DNA of 64,000 bases, from assembly GCA_963677495.2 (NCBI GenBank), contig CAXXOU010000004.1, positions 1,088,001-1,152,000 of the forward strand, written 5' to 3'. A program made the translations under genes and the position numbers. This stretch comes from Candidatus Cloacimonadales bacterium (lineage in GTDB: Bacteria > Cloacimonadota > Cloacimonadia > Cloacimonadales > JAFGVF01). The notes under the pieces are model-generated. The model was not told the DNA's origin and did no database searches. It was given only the letters and a program-made list of their open reading frames with translations. Below are positions 20,165-29,459 of this stretch, in pieces (position 1 is the first letter of the stretch; every line of letters begins with the position of its first letter).

Positions 20165-21022
20165 TTAATTCTCATCGAACTCCCTGAGCTTACACTCGTA
20201 GAGCTCTTTATTTTCTTTTATCCATTCATCAAAGGTCTGCGATTGATTCCATAAATACTCAAACATAAATCTATAGGTTTCAACTGTATTGGGATCTTTG
20301 ATTATGGAGGTACATAAATCCTGTCCTTCTAGGATAAATGTCTTATTAAATGTCATCATCAACTCATCATCGAAAATGAAGAGTTTTATTGGACTTTTAG
20401 GTGTTATTCTTAGTTCACATAAATCCGGATGTTCCAATGAAACACGAACACTATCAAACACGAATGGTGGTGAACTCTCATTAAGCTCATGTATTGCTTT
20501 GTCAAAGCCACCTTTATCTTGAAATCCTTTCAATGCTTCAGCTTGCTCTTCACTCTGTTTTCGTTCAACTATTGCATATGGTGGACAGGATATAGAATAG
20601 ACAAGTCTGGAACTGGATTTAAGTATCTTTACAAAGCGTTTATGCACATTCATTTTACCATACACTATCTCAATATAGTCTTCGAAACCTTCATTCTTCT
20701 TTCGAGTGTTATAGAGTTCTAGAATATCATCTTTCAAAGATTCTAGCTCTACAATCTCCTCTTTTTTCTGATCAAAGTATGGCTCAAAGAAATTCTCAGG
20801 GTTTGAAACATAATATTGAATCTTACTATTGGAGATTACTTTATAAACAAAGGATTTATTACAGAGCTCAGTCAAAACATTGTATATCTTCTTAATTCCA
20901 ACCCCACTGAGTCTATGCAATTCAGTAGCTGTTGAGCCTTCAGCAGACAGCAAAGCTAAGAACACTTTTGCCTGTCGCTCATTCATCAATGTTTCTGTTA
21001 GTCTGTTTAATAGTAGTTTCAT
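20165..21022 (-). CDS. TrmB-family transcriptional regulator
   Basis: N-terminal wHTH (AKVFLALL..TATELHRLSGV..KIYNVL), C-terminal KLFIFD..FEYLW effector domain. Confidence 0.85.
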   Translation of the reverse strand: MKLLLNRLTETLMNERQAKVFLALLSAEGSTATELHRLSGVGIKKIYNVLTELCNKSFVYKVISNSKIQYYVSNPENFFEPYFDQKKEEIVELESLKDDILELYNTRKKNEGFEDYIEIVYGKMNVHKRFVKILKSSSRLVYSISCPPYAIVERKQSEEQAEALKGFQDKGGFDKAIHELNESSPPFVFDSVRVSLEHPDLCELRITPKSPIKLFIFDDELMMTFNKTFILEGQDLCTSIIKDPNTVETYRFMFEYLWNQSQTFDEWIKENKELYECKLREFDEN

Positions 21023-21037
21023 TATTATATTCCTAAC

Positions 21038-21053
21038 ACCCCCTTAAGGGGGT
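21038..21053. promoter_or_regulatory. Perfect 16-bp palindrome, candidate operator
   Basis: ACCCCCTTAAGGGGGT between TTGACA (21088-21083, minus) and the regulator start. Confidence 0.5.
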
Positions 21054-21198
21054 TGCACTCATTTCTTATATTTGTTTGATTATGTCAAACATTATTTTAT
21101 CTCTTTAAAACAAAAAGCAGGGAGTACCTATCAAAATGGTACTTCCTGCTTCCTGAATTACTTTTGGATGTTACGTTATTACTTTTTCAGATAAAGAC

Positions 21199-21669
21199 CT
21201 AATTCCTTTCCATAGGTGGTCTTCTCTGACCTCTCATCTGTTTACGTTGATTCTCCCGTTGCTCTTTCTGTAGACGTTTGTATTTCTTTATCTGCTTTTT
21301 GGTTAGATGTTTATAGATTCTCTTATCTGTTTTCTCGATAATCTTCTTCATCTTTTTCATAGCAGACATCATTGTTTTACGATCAGAATCTCGCTCTGGT
21401 CTGTACTGTTGAATCAACTCTAATCGTTCTTTCACGATTGGTCGGATTGATTTAATCTGGTTTGGCGTTAGTTTGAGTTCCTCAGTGTACTTAATCATCT
21501 GACGATTCGTTCTCTCAATAATACGTGCTTCCGGATCTTCACTTCCACCCTGTTCAAGTCTTCCCTCTGGACGACCTTGTGGTCTCTCACTAATATTTTG
21601 TGGCGTATCCTGAGCAAACATGGACATAACTGTCATCAATACAACTGCCAGTAATAAAATCTTCTTCAT
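21199..21669 (-). CDS. Secreted basic helical protein (Spy/CpxP-like)
   Basis: GGAGG RBS + MKKILLLAVV signal peptide; LKLTPNQ and LTKKQ (LTxxQ) motifs. Confidence 0.7.
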   Translation of the reverse strand: MKKILLLAVVLMTVMSMFAQDTPQNISERPQGRPEGRLEQGGSEDPEARIIERTNRQMIKYTEELKLTPNQIKSIRPIVKERLELIQQYRPERDSDRKTMMSAMKKMKKIIEKTDKRIYKHLTKKQIKKYKRLQKEQRENQRKQMRGQRRPPMERN

Positions 21670-21764
21670 AATTCCTCCACTCACGTTTCTACTAATAATA
21701 ACAAGCTTCTGTTGATTATCCTGCATTAAAAGTTCCAATTGAACATTATTAGTTCTCTGCACAG

Positions 21765-21912
21765 TCTCACTCCCCTATCATAATTCGGTACCGATTCTGA
21801 TGAGTCTCTTGGGGATCCCCGGGTAAAAACTGCATTTTGCTAACAAGAGATGGATACGAGAGAGGGTAGTATTTGATATTTATAGTTCACTAATTATGAT
21901 AGAGCAATGAGA
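21765..21912. mobile_element. MITE-like element with 21-bp imperfect terminal inverted repeats
   Basis: TCTCACTCCCCTATCATAATT / AATTATGATAGAGCAATGAGA; related inverted copy at 53091-53240. Confidence 0.55.
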
Positions 21913-21967
21913 GTGAAGTAAGATTGGAGTGGATTAACTAAACTAGTTAATATCTTCTTTGAGAAAA

Positions 21968-22531
21968 CTATCCTAGCTGCTTATACCTAAAGCAATCAGT
22001 TGTATGATCATTCACCATGCCGGTTGCTTGCATGAAAGAATAGCAGATAGTTGGGCCTACAAAATTCATACCACGTTTCTTTAGGTCTTTGCTAAGTTTT
22101 TCAGCTAACTCTGTTTTAACCGGAAGCTCTGAGAGTGATTTCCATGAATTTTGTATAGGCTTGTCATCAACAAATCCCCAGAAATATTTATCCAAAGAAC
22201 CAAACTCCTTGATAATATCTAAAGCAGCTTTAGCATTCCTGATAGTTGAATCGATCTTCCGCCGATTTCTAACAATCCCTGCATTAGATAATAATCGTTC
22301 TTTATCTTTATCGGTATAGTCTGCTATCTTATAAAAGTCAAAGTTATCAAATGCTTTTCGGTAGTTATCACGCTTCTTAAGGATAGTTATCCAACTTAGT
22401 CCGGCTTGCGCTCCTTCCAGTATGAGGAATTCAAAGAGTAGCCTGTCATCATGTACAGGTGTTCCCCATTCTTTATCGTGATAATAAATATATATAGGGT
22501 CATCACCACACCATTCACATCTTTTCTTCAT
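21968..22531 (-). CDS. tag: DNA-3-methyladenine glycosylase I
   Basis: RCEW, YHDKEWG, LEGAQAGLSW, MQATGMVNDH..C. Confidence 0.97.
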   Translation of the reverse strand: MKKRCEWCGDDPIYIYYHDKEWGTPVHDDRLLFEFLILEGAQAGLSWITILKKRDNYRKAFDNFDFYKIADYTDKDKERLLSNAGIVRNRRKIDSTIRNAKAALDIIKEFGSLDKYFWGFVDDKPIQNSWKSLSELPVKTELAEKLSKDLKKRGMNFVGPTICYSFMQATGMVNDHTTDCFRYKQLG

Positions 22532-22533
22532 AT

Positions 22534-22950
22534 TTACTCACCAATAATCTTAACTAAAACTCGTTTCTTACGTTTTCCATCAAACTCCCCATAGAAGATC
22601 TGTTCCCATGGTCCAAAGTCTAACTCACCATTCGTAATTGCTACAACCACTTCCCTACCCATGATTGTCCGTTTAAGATGAGCATCACCATTATCTTCAT
22701 ACCCATTATGATGATATCTGGAATAAGGTTTCTCAGGTGCTAGTCCCTCCAACCAGTTCTCAAAGTCCTGATGAAGACCCGGTTCATTGTCATTTATGAA
22801 AACCGAAGCAGTTATATGCATAGCATTTACGAGGCAAAAACCTTCTTTAATCCCACTTTCTCTTAAACAACCCTCTACATCTCTGGTTATATTAATAAAA
22901 TCTCTTCTTCGGTCTGTTTTGAACCATAACTCTTTTCTATAGCTTTTCAT
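22534..22950 (-). CDS. yjbQ: YjbQ/UPF0047 family protein
   Basis: [31 protein letters not shown]. Confidence 0.93.
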   Translation of the reverse strand: MKSYRKELWFKTDRRRDFINITRDVEGCLRESGIKEGFCLVNAMHITASVFINDNEPGLHQDFENWLEGLAPEKPYSRYHHNGYEDNGDAHLKRTIMGREVVVAITNGELDFGPWEQIFYGEFDGKRKKRVLVKIIGE

Positions 22951-23072
22951 TATATCTCCTTATTTCTCAATATCTCTAAGAAATAAACATATTGTAAAGA
23001 AGTTTCCAAGGAGTTATTCATACTCATCACAAATAGGGTTTGAACGTAGATGTGTCTCGTCACGAAACAAAG

Positions 23073-23640
23073 ACCTTCGGAATGGTCGTTAGACCTTGCG
23101 AATGGTTGTACTTCGAAGATAAATCAATTGACCAGGGGTGGATCAATTTACATTACAGGAGCATCATTGAGAAAGTCTGTATACAACTATTATTGCCACT
23201 TTTCGCATTTCCCCATACTCCTATTAAGTCGTACAGGTGACTGCTTCCCAATTCCGGTCACCTGTGCGAGTATCGAGCTTGGGGAAATGGAATTGAATTA
23301 GCAAGGACTCGTGCTTTGTTTGTTTTATGCTAACCCTGAAAGGGTTACATATGAGTAGCCCCGAATGCAATTCGGGGTAGCGAATTACACACAGGAATCG
23401 ACAACTCCAACGGAGTTGAATTTATGTATTTATGCCAAATTCGACCCCATTGGGGTCGTTGTTTTCTAGGATTTACAACTATGCATTGATACATAGCTAC
23501 TCACATTTAATCACTCAGTGATTAGTCCTACCTCTGCCTACTTTCATACAAGCTCGCGTCCAAAGGAGTTTGCGACTTCGACGCCAAGCTATGGAGTGCA
23601 CCAACTACGTAGGTGCGTTTTGTCACACAACTATAATTTG
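23073..23640. repeat. REP mosaic: module 23073-23106, long hairpin 23206-23289, symmetric REPIN-like block 23332-23523
   Basis: Nested palindromes (AACCCtgaaaGGGTT, CCCCGAATgcaATTCGGGG, CAACTCCaacGGAGTTG); 23251-23573 repeated at 26306-26500. Confidence 0.85.
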
Positions 23641-23694
23641 CCATGTCACGCTATTCACCCAACTCCCATTCGGTCGCTATGGTGCCAGCTTAAG

Positions 23695-25929
23695 CTATTT
23701 CATCAATATCATCTTCTTAGTCTTTGTATAAGTCCCAGCCTGTAGCTTATAGAAATAAATCCCTGAAGCTACTTTAACTCCATTATCATCATCACCATCC
23801 CAGATAATACTATGTTCTCCGGATGGCATCTCTTCGTTTACTAATGTCTTAATTCTTTGCCCTTTGATGTTGAATACTGCTAGCTTGATGTTTCCTCTTC
23901 TGGGGATACTATAGTTTATCGTTGTAGTTGGATTGAATGGGTTAGGATAGTTAGATATTTTATACGTAGAACTTAGTAAGTAATCATTGTCGATGCCAAC
24001 AGGATTCCATTCATGACAACCAATATCTATTTGCCCTCCATATATTCGTGGATGACCAGTTAGGTCAAACTCTGGAAGTTCAACACCTTCCGGCATAACT
24101 AGAGTTCCATTATCAATTGCAGGGGATAGTGAAGACAGAAAGTAGTATCCTTCACTAACATCCCATAAAGGATTGTCATTCATATTGTTTTCTTGCCAAT
24201 CGACAAAGCTCTGACCAATATGTGCGATATTCCCCTCTCCTCCCTGAATTATTGAGTTTCTTACGAACAATGATTCCTGATAAGTTTGATTATTCATCAC
24301 TATTTGATATAGTGTATTCCCATATAATATTGAGTTAACAATGTTCAATTTAGATACTGTAGCAACAGATATAGCAGCTCCCCAGAATGAATCAGCACTA
24401 TTATTTGCTATTGTTGAATTAATTAAATTACATCTTGCAGGTGTAGGGTAGTTTCCGGAAGATATTGTTAACCCGACACCACTAGTATTCCATTCAGAAT
24501 ATGTTTCTATATTATTAACTACCTCAGTGTTCACAATATTCATCAAACTACCGTTATATGTGTTTAAAACAATACTGGAATAACTGAAGACATCTGGTGA
24601 GGAGTATTCAACATTATCATATATTCTGGTGTTTGATATTGAAGAATCGTCACAATAATGAAATTTTAATGCACCCCATGAACTGCAATCATGAATTCTT
24701 AAATTGTTTACATCACCACTACTATATATCATGTAAACAGGTTCTCGAGAACCCATATAGTTAGATAAATCAACATTGTCGATCTCGAAATCTATCGCAT
24801 GGTGGAGGTGGATTCCTTGAGTGTCATAACCATTTATTAGTGATAAGTTTCTAATCCCAACATTTCTATCACGATAGGTCGATCGAAAGAAACCTGTAAT
24901 AGATTCAGCATCAAGTATCGTACCGGTATCTGATTCACCAATAATACTTACATTATCCTTTAATTGGATCGGAAAAATCTGTTGATTTAGGCTTTCAGAA
25001 TAGACACCATCTTCAACATGTACTGTTCGATGTGTTAAACTATCTGAATCTACTTTTAACATTGCATATGCTATCGTTTTTAGGGGAGAACTAGGTGATT
25101 CACCACTATTATTGTCATTACCTGTTGTTGAAACATATATGTCAGATGCAACTTCGTCAACCACATGATTCTGTATCATGAACTCGAACCTGCTTTCTAA
25201 AGGGAACATAGGTTCAGAGTATCCGTCTGTTGGGAAAGCATGGTAAATTGTTGGATTTACTACAGTAAAAGTATCAACATATACTGTCTGAGTGGGGCAA
25301 TTAGGAGTACTAAACAAGTCGTTCCCTGTTCCAGCATAATTAAGATATACACTATTAATATTTGATGCTCCAAAGCTGACATTTGAATCACATAAATAGA
25401 AACCACCACCAAAAGTACTAGCAATATTCTTTTTTACGGTAGTATTTCCAAGACTCAAAAATGAGCTATCAAGTAGAATCCCACCACCATAATCTGCTCT
25501 ATTATTCTTTATTACACAATTAAAAACCCTAATACTTGAATCCTCAGCTCTAATTCCTCCACCTACAAAACATAAGAAATCAAAAGTACCTGAACCATTT
25601 CTAATTGTAAACCCTTCGATTTGAATCCAGTTAGTATCGATTATGTTGATTACGCTTCCGGTTCTGTTCCCATCAAGTACAGTATTCGCAATATCCATAG
25701 GATCATGAGACTCATGAAAATCACTGATAATTGTTATATCTTTCTCTGTAACAGTAAGATTCTCATAATACACTCCAGGATGCACTAAGATAGTATCGTA
25801 ATTGTTCGCAGAATCAATAGCATCTTGGATTGTAGTATAATCTCCTGTTCCATCTTCAAAAATTTCGATTACCACACAAAACATCTTGTTAACAAATAGA
25901 ATCATTAATAGAGCAAAGTTGATTTTCAT
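23695..25929 (-). CDS. Secreted beta-helix/DUF1565-like protein with FlgD/T9SS-like C-terminal domain
   Basis: AAGGAG + MKINF signal; DYTTIQDAID..GVYYEN; YVSTTGNDNNSG..PLKTIAYA; IDIGCHEW; NYPNPFNP...SGIYFYKL. Confidence 0.88.
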   Translation of the reverse strand: MKINFALLMILFVNKMFCVVIEIFEDGTGDYTTIQDAIDSANNYDTILVHPGVYYENLTVTEKDITIISDFHESHDPMDIANTVLDGNRTGSVINIIDTNWIQIEGFTIRNGSGTFDFLCFVGGGIRAEDSSIRVFNCVIKNNRADYGGGILLDSSFLSLGNTTVKKNIASTFGGGFYLCDSNVSFGASNINSVYLNYAGTGNDLFSTPNCPTQTVYVDTFTVVNPTIYHAFPTDGYSEPMFPLESRFEFMIQNHVVDEVASDIYVSTTGNDNNSGESPSSPLKTIAYAMLKVDSDSLTHRTVHVEDGVYSESLNQQIFPIQLKDNVSIIGESDTGTILDAESITGFFRSTYRDRNVGIRNLSLINGYDTQGIHLHHAIDFEIDNVDLSNYMGSREPVYMIYSSGDVNNLRIHDCSSWGALKFHYCDDSSISNTRIYDNVEYSSPDVFSYSSIVLNTYNGSLMNIVNTEVVNNIETYSEWNTSGVGLTISSGNYPTPARCNLINSTIANNSADSFWGAAISVATVSKLNIVNSILYGNTLYQIVMNNQTYQESLFVRNSIIQGGEGNIAHIGQSFVDWQENNMNDNPLWDVSEGYYFLSSLSPAIDNGTLVMPEGVELPEFDLTGHPRIYGGQIDIGCHEWNPVGIDNDYLLSSTYKISNYPNPFNPTTTINYSIPRRGNIKLAVFNIKGQRIKTLVNEEMPSGEHSIIWDGDDDNGVKVASGIYFYKLQAGTYTKTKKMILMK

Positions 25930-26049
25930 ATAACTCCTTACATATACCGAATATGTTATTTGTAATAAGCATATTTGGTTTGTCAAATGGTTTATCTAAT
26001 TGCCATTTGTTTGTTTGCGAAACCCTCGGCTTTCAATATATCACTTACA

Positions 26050-26500
26050 TCCTTACAGGGCTCTCTAATTTTGGGGATTATTTACCCTACACTCACGTAT
26101 AGGGCTATTAAACAGTAGCTCCTTCCGAGCTAAAACCTAGTAATCATCTGTACCTTTTGAATGGTCCAGATCTTCAGAAGAGTGCACTTCGAAGGAACTA
26201 ACTCAGACTTGCGTTGCAGCGTTAGCGTGGTGCAAGAACGAAACAGACTTCGAGTACAGGAATTCGACCTGCACCACAACGAAGTGTGGGGCGGGAATAA
26301 ATCACAATTCCTGTCACCTTGTGAGTTTACGAGCTTAGGGAAATGGAATTGTCTGTTTATGTCATATTCTACCCCGTTTGGGTCGTTGTTTTTTGGGGAT
26401 TTACAACTATGCATTGCATACATAGCTACTCACATTTAATCACTCTGTGATTATTCCTGCTTCTTCCCACTTTCACAAGCTCGCGTCCATTGGAGTTTGC
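26050..26500. repeat. REP mosaic upstream of the secreted gene
   Basis: Shares blocks with 42432-42576, 39410-39540 and 23251-23573. Confidence 0.85.
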
Positions 26501-26604
26501 TTCTGTTTGAGAATCATACTTCGAAACTTACTTAATATATTTATATCCTCGTTGACTACCTGCTATAAATCAGTTTCTTATCTCTATCTTATTCCGCATG
26601 CAAC

Positions 26605-26675
26605 ACACGTTAGCTCCCCGTTAGCTCCCCGTTAGCTCCCCGTTAGATACCCGTTACAACGGATGGGAATTGGAT
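26605..26675. repeat. 11-bp-period array (CCCCGTTAGCT) ending in a hairpin
   Basis: CGTTA at 26608, 26619, 26630, 26641, 26652; CCGTT-ac-AACGG turn. Confidence 0.85.
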
Positions 26676-26884
26676 TGGGTGCAGATAGCAAAGAAATGCA
26701 AACTCAATTTCCAATATGAGAGGGCACTCAAACTTGTTATCTACTCCTATTCCAGATACACATAAATAAGAGGATAATATTAATAGTTGACATAGTTATA
26801 TATTTATTGTAGTTTTGAAATGTCTGTATAATATTCAATCAGTTAATCATAACTATAGAGGACACTTAGATATTGGAGGAGATA

Positions 26885-27496
26885 ATGAAAAAGGTAGTTC
26901 TGATAATAGGTTTCATCTTTTTAACTGCACTCTTGTTTTGCGGCCATGAAGGTTGTTTCTTGAAGGGTGGTATTAACCTTACTACAGCAACCGGAGATTA
27001 TAGTGAAGTCTCAGGCATTGTTTCAGGAAAACCCACAGGAAGTCATTTAAACTATCAAGTGGCAGGATATAGCCAGATTCCATTGAAGAAAGACGATTTA
27101 TACTGTGGTATAGGTTTACGGTTCAATACAAAATCCCTAAATTATTCAAAACGTGCTTACAACTATGAAGGAGAAATTGAAAAGCATACTGTTAACTTGG
27201 AAAGCTATGCCTTGGAAGTACCTTTAGACTTAATCTGGTACCTACATCACAATTATGGTATATCATTTGGTTTATCCTATTCATTCCCATTAGAAATTGG
27301 TATTGAAGCAGGAGATTCGTGGGACGATAAATATAACAGTTCTCTTAATGTTGAAATAGGGACTAAGTACCACTACAAAAGAAGTATTGTTGAGATAAGG
27401 TATCTACACGAGCTATTAAATCATTATACAAAAAATTATAAGGCTGAGTTGTTTAGAAGGCAAGTTATGCTGAATATTGGTTTTAAGTTATTTTAG
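26885..27496 (+). CDS. Outer-membrane beta-barrel protein
   Basis: GGAGGAG RBS, signal peptide, KGGIN, LEVPL, C-terminal IGFKLF. Confidence 0.75.
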   Translation: MKKVVLIIGFIFLTALLFCGHEGCFLKGGINLTTATGDYSEVSGIVSGKPTGSHLNYQVAGYSQIPLKKDDLYCGIGLRFNTKSLNYSKRAYNYEGEIEKHTVNLESYALEVPLDLIWYLHHNYGISFGLSYSFPLEIGIEAGDSWDDKYNSSLNVEIGTKYHYKRSIVEIRYLHELLNHYTKNYKAELFRRQVMLNIGFKLF

Positions 27497-27499
27497 TTG

Positions 27500-27526
27500 A
27501 AAAAGGGGATTCGCAATGAATCCCCT
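27500..27526 (-). terminator. Terminator of thrS (possibly bidirectional)
   Basis: AGGGGATTC-gcaat-GAATCCCCT with 5' A run. Confidence 0.75.
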
Positions 27527-27548
27527 GTAATATATAGTTTATGATAAC

Positions 27549-29459
27549 TTATTCGCTATCAAGTTCATCTTTAACTGCTTTAAGTGCATCTTCCACAGAT
27601 AAAGCACCTAAGTCACCTTTTGTATGTCTGCGAACAGAGACTGTACCGTTCTCTTTCTCTTTGCCACCTGCGATGAACATATAAGGTATCTTCTTCATCT
27701 CAGCTTCACGAATCTTATAACCGATTCTTTCATCTCTCATATCGATATCAGCTCTGATTCCTGCTTGTAAAAGCTTATCCTGAATCTCTTTCGCATAATC
27801 AATATACTGATCAGAGATAGGTAAAACCTGAACCTGAACCGGGCATAACCAAACAGGGAAATTACCTGCATGGTACTCGATAAGAGTTCCGAAGAATCTC
27901 TCAATAGAACCAAGTAGTGCTCTATGCAACATGAAAGGTCTATGTGGCTGGTTGTCAGCACCGATGTACTCCATATCAAAACGAGTAGAAAGGTTGAAAT
28001 CGAACTGGATAGTTGTGCACTGCCAAGAACGATTAAGAGCATCTTTGATCTTAATATCAATCTTAGGACCGTAGAAAGCGCCACCACCTTCATCGACTTT
28101 ATATTCGAGTCCGGCTTTCTCAATGGACTTACGAAGTGACTCTGTTGCTTTCTCCCAATCAGCGTCTTCTCCAACTGATTTCTCTGGCTTAGTTGAGAGA
28201 TAGATATCCATATCTTTAAAGCCGAACTTCTTGAGAATATTCAATGAGAAGTCGATAAGTCTCTCCACTTCCCCATCAAGCTGTTCCGGAGTACAAATGA
28301 TATGAGCATCATCTTGTGTGAAACCACGAACACGCATAAGACCATGAAGTGTACCAGAACGTTCATAGCGATACACTGTCCCGAGTTCACCAAGTCTAAG
28401 TGGTAATTCTCTATAACTACGCTTTGTAGAGTTATAGATAGCAATATGGAAAGGACAGTTCATTGGCTTAAGATAATAATCCTGACCTTCTACTTCGATA
28501 GCTGAGAACATGCCTTCATTATAGAAACCTAAATGACCACTTGTTTCCCAAAGAGTAGATTTACCAATATGTGGAGTATAAACAAGTTTATAACCTGATT
28601 TGATGTGTTCCTCTTTCCAGAATGACTCGATCAAATGACGCATCATAGCACCATTAGGATGCCAGAGAATGAGTCCTGCACCTATATCATCAGATACAGA
28701 GAAAAGGTCTAACTCTTTACCGAGTTTTCTATGATCTCTTTTCTTAGCTTCTTCAAGATTATTCAGATAAACTTTGAGTTCTTTTTTACTTGGGAAGCTG
28801 ATACCATAGATACGTTTGAGCATCTTATTCTTCTCATCACCACGCCAATAAGCACCTGAAGTTTTGAGAAGCTTAACAGCTTTGAGTAAACCTGTATTCT
28901 GCATATGTGGACCACGACAAAGGTCTACAAACTTATCTTGTTTGTATACTGAGATAGTCTCTTCTTCAGGAATCTCACTTAAGATTTCCACTTTGTAAGG
29001 TTCATCCATCTCTTGGAACATCTTAAGAGCTTCATTACGAGGTAACTCTTCACGTGTATATGCATGCTTGCCTTTCGCAATCTCAAGCATCTTTTTCTCT
29101 ATCTTCTCAAGGTCAGCTTCAGTGAAAGCTTCATCTATATCAAAGTCATAATAGAAACCGTTCTCGATAGCTGGTCCGATTGTAACTTTCACGTTCGGGA
29201 AAAGTTCCTGAACAGCTTGAGCCATAATATGAGCTGAACTATGCCAGAATATCTCCGGTCCTTCGTCACTCTTGAAAGTAATAATACTAACTGTGGAATC
29301 CTCTTCAATCATTTCAGAAAGGTCACACAATTTATCATTTATTCTAGCAGCAAGTGCTACTCTAGCTAAACCTTCACTAATATCAAGAGCTACATCATGA
29401 GCACTAACCGCCCCTTCAAATTCCCTGATTGAGCCATCAGGTAAAGTAATCTTTAACAT
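27549..29459 (-). CDS. thrS: Threonine--tRNA ligase
   Basis: TGS domain, HSSAH, DLCRGPH, KPMNCPFH, FYGPKID. Confidence 0.98.
   Translation of the reverse strand: MLKITLPDGSIREFEGAVSAHDVALDISEGLARVALAARINDKLCDLSEMIEEDSTVSIITFKSDEGPEIFWHSSAHIMAQAVQELFPNVKVTIGPAIENGFYYDFDIDEAFTEADLEKIEKKMLEIAKGKHAYTREELPRNEALKMFQEMDEPYKVEILSEIPEEETISVYKQDKFVDLCRGPHMQNTGLLKAVKLLKTSGAYWRGDEKNKMLKRIYGISFPSKKELKVYLNNLEEAKKRDHRKLGKELDLFSVSDDIGAGLILWHPNGAMMRHLIESFWKEEHIKSGYKLVYTPHIGKSTLWETSGHLGFYNEGMFSAIEVEGQDYYLKPMNCPFHIAIYNSTKRSYRELPLRLGELGTVYRYERSGTLHGLMRVRGFTQDDAHIICTPEQLDGEVERLIDFSLNILKKFGFKDMDIYLSTKPEKSVGEDADWEKATESLRKSIEKAGLEYKVDEGGGAFYGPKIDIKIKDALNRSWQCTTIQFDFNLSTRFDMEYIGADNQPHRPFMLHRALLGSIERFFGTLIEYHAGNFPVWLCPVQVQVLPISDQYIDYAKEIQDKLLQAGIRADIDMRDERIGYKIREAEMKKIPYMFIAGGKEKENGTVSVRRHTKGDLGALSVEDALKAVKDELDSE

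Noticed and set aside
23073..26500. Integron cassette with attC sites
   Set aside because: No RYYYAAC/GTTRRRY boxes or intI, and the gene has its own promoter
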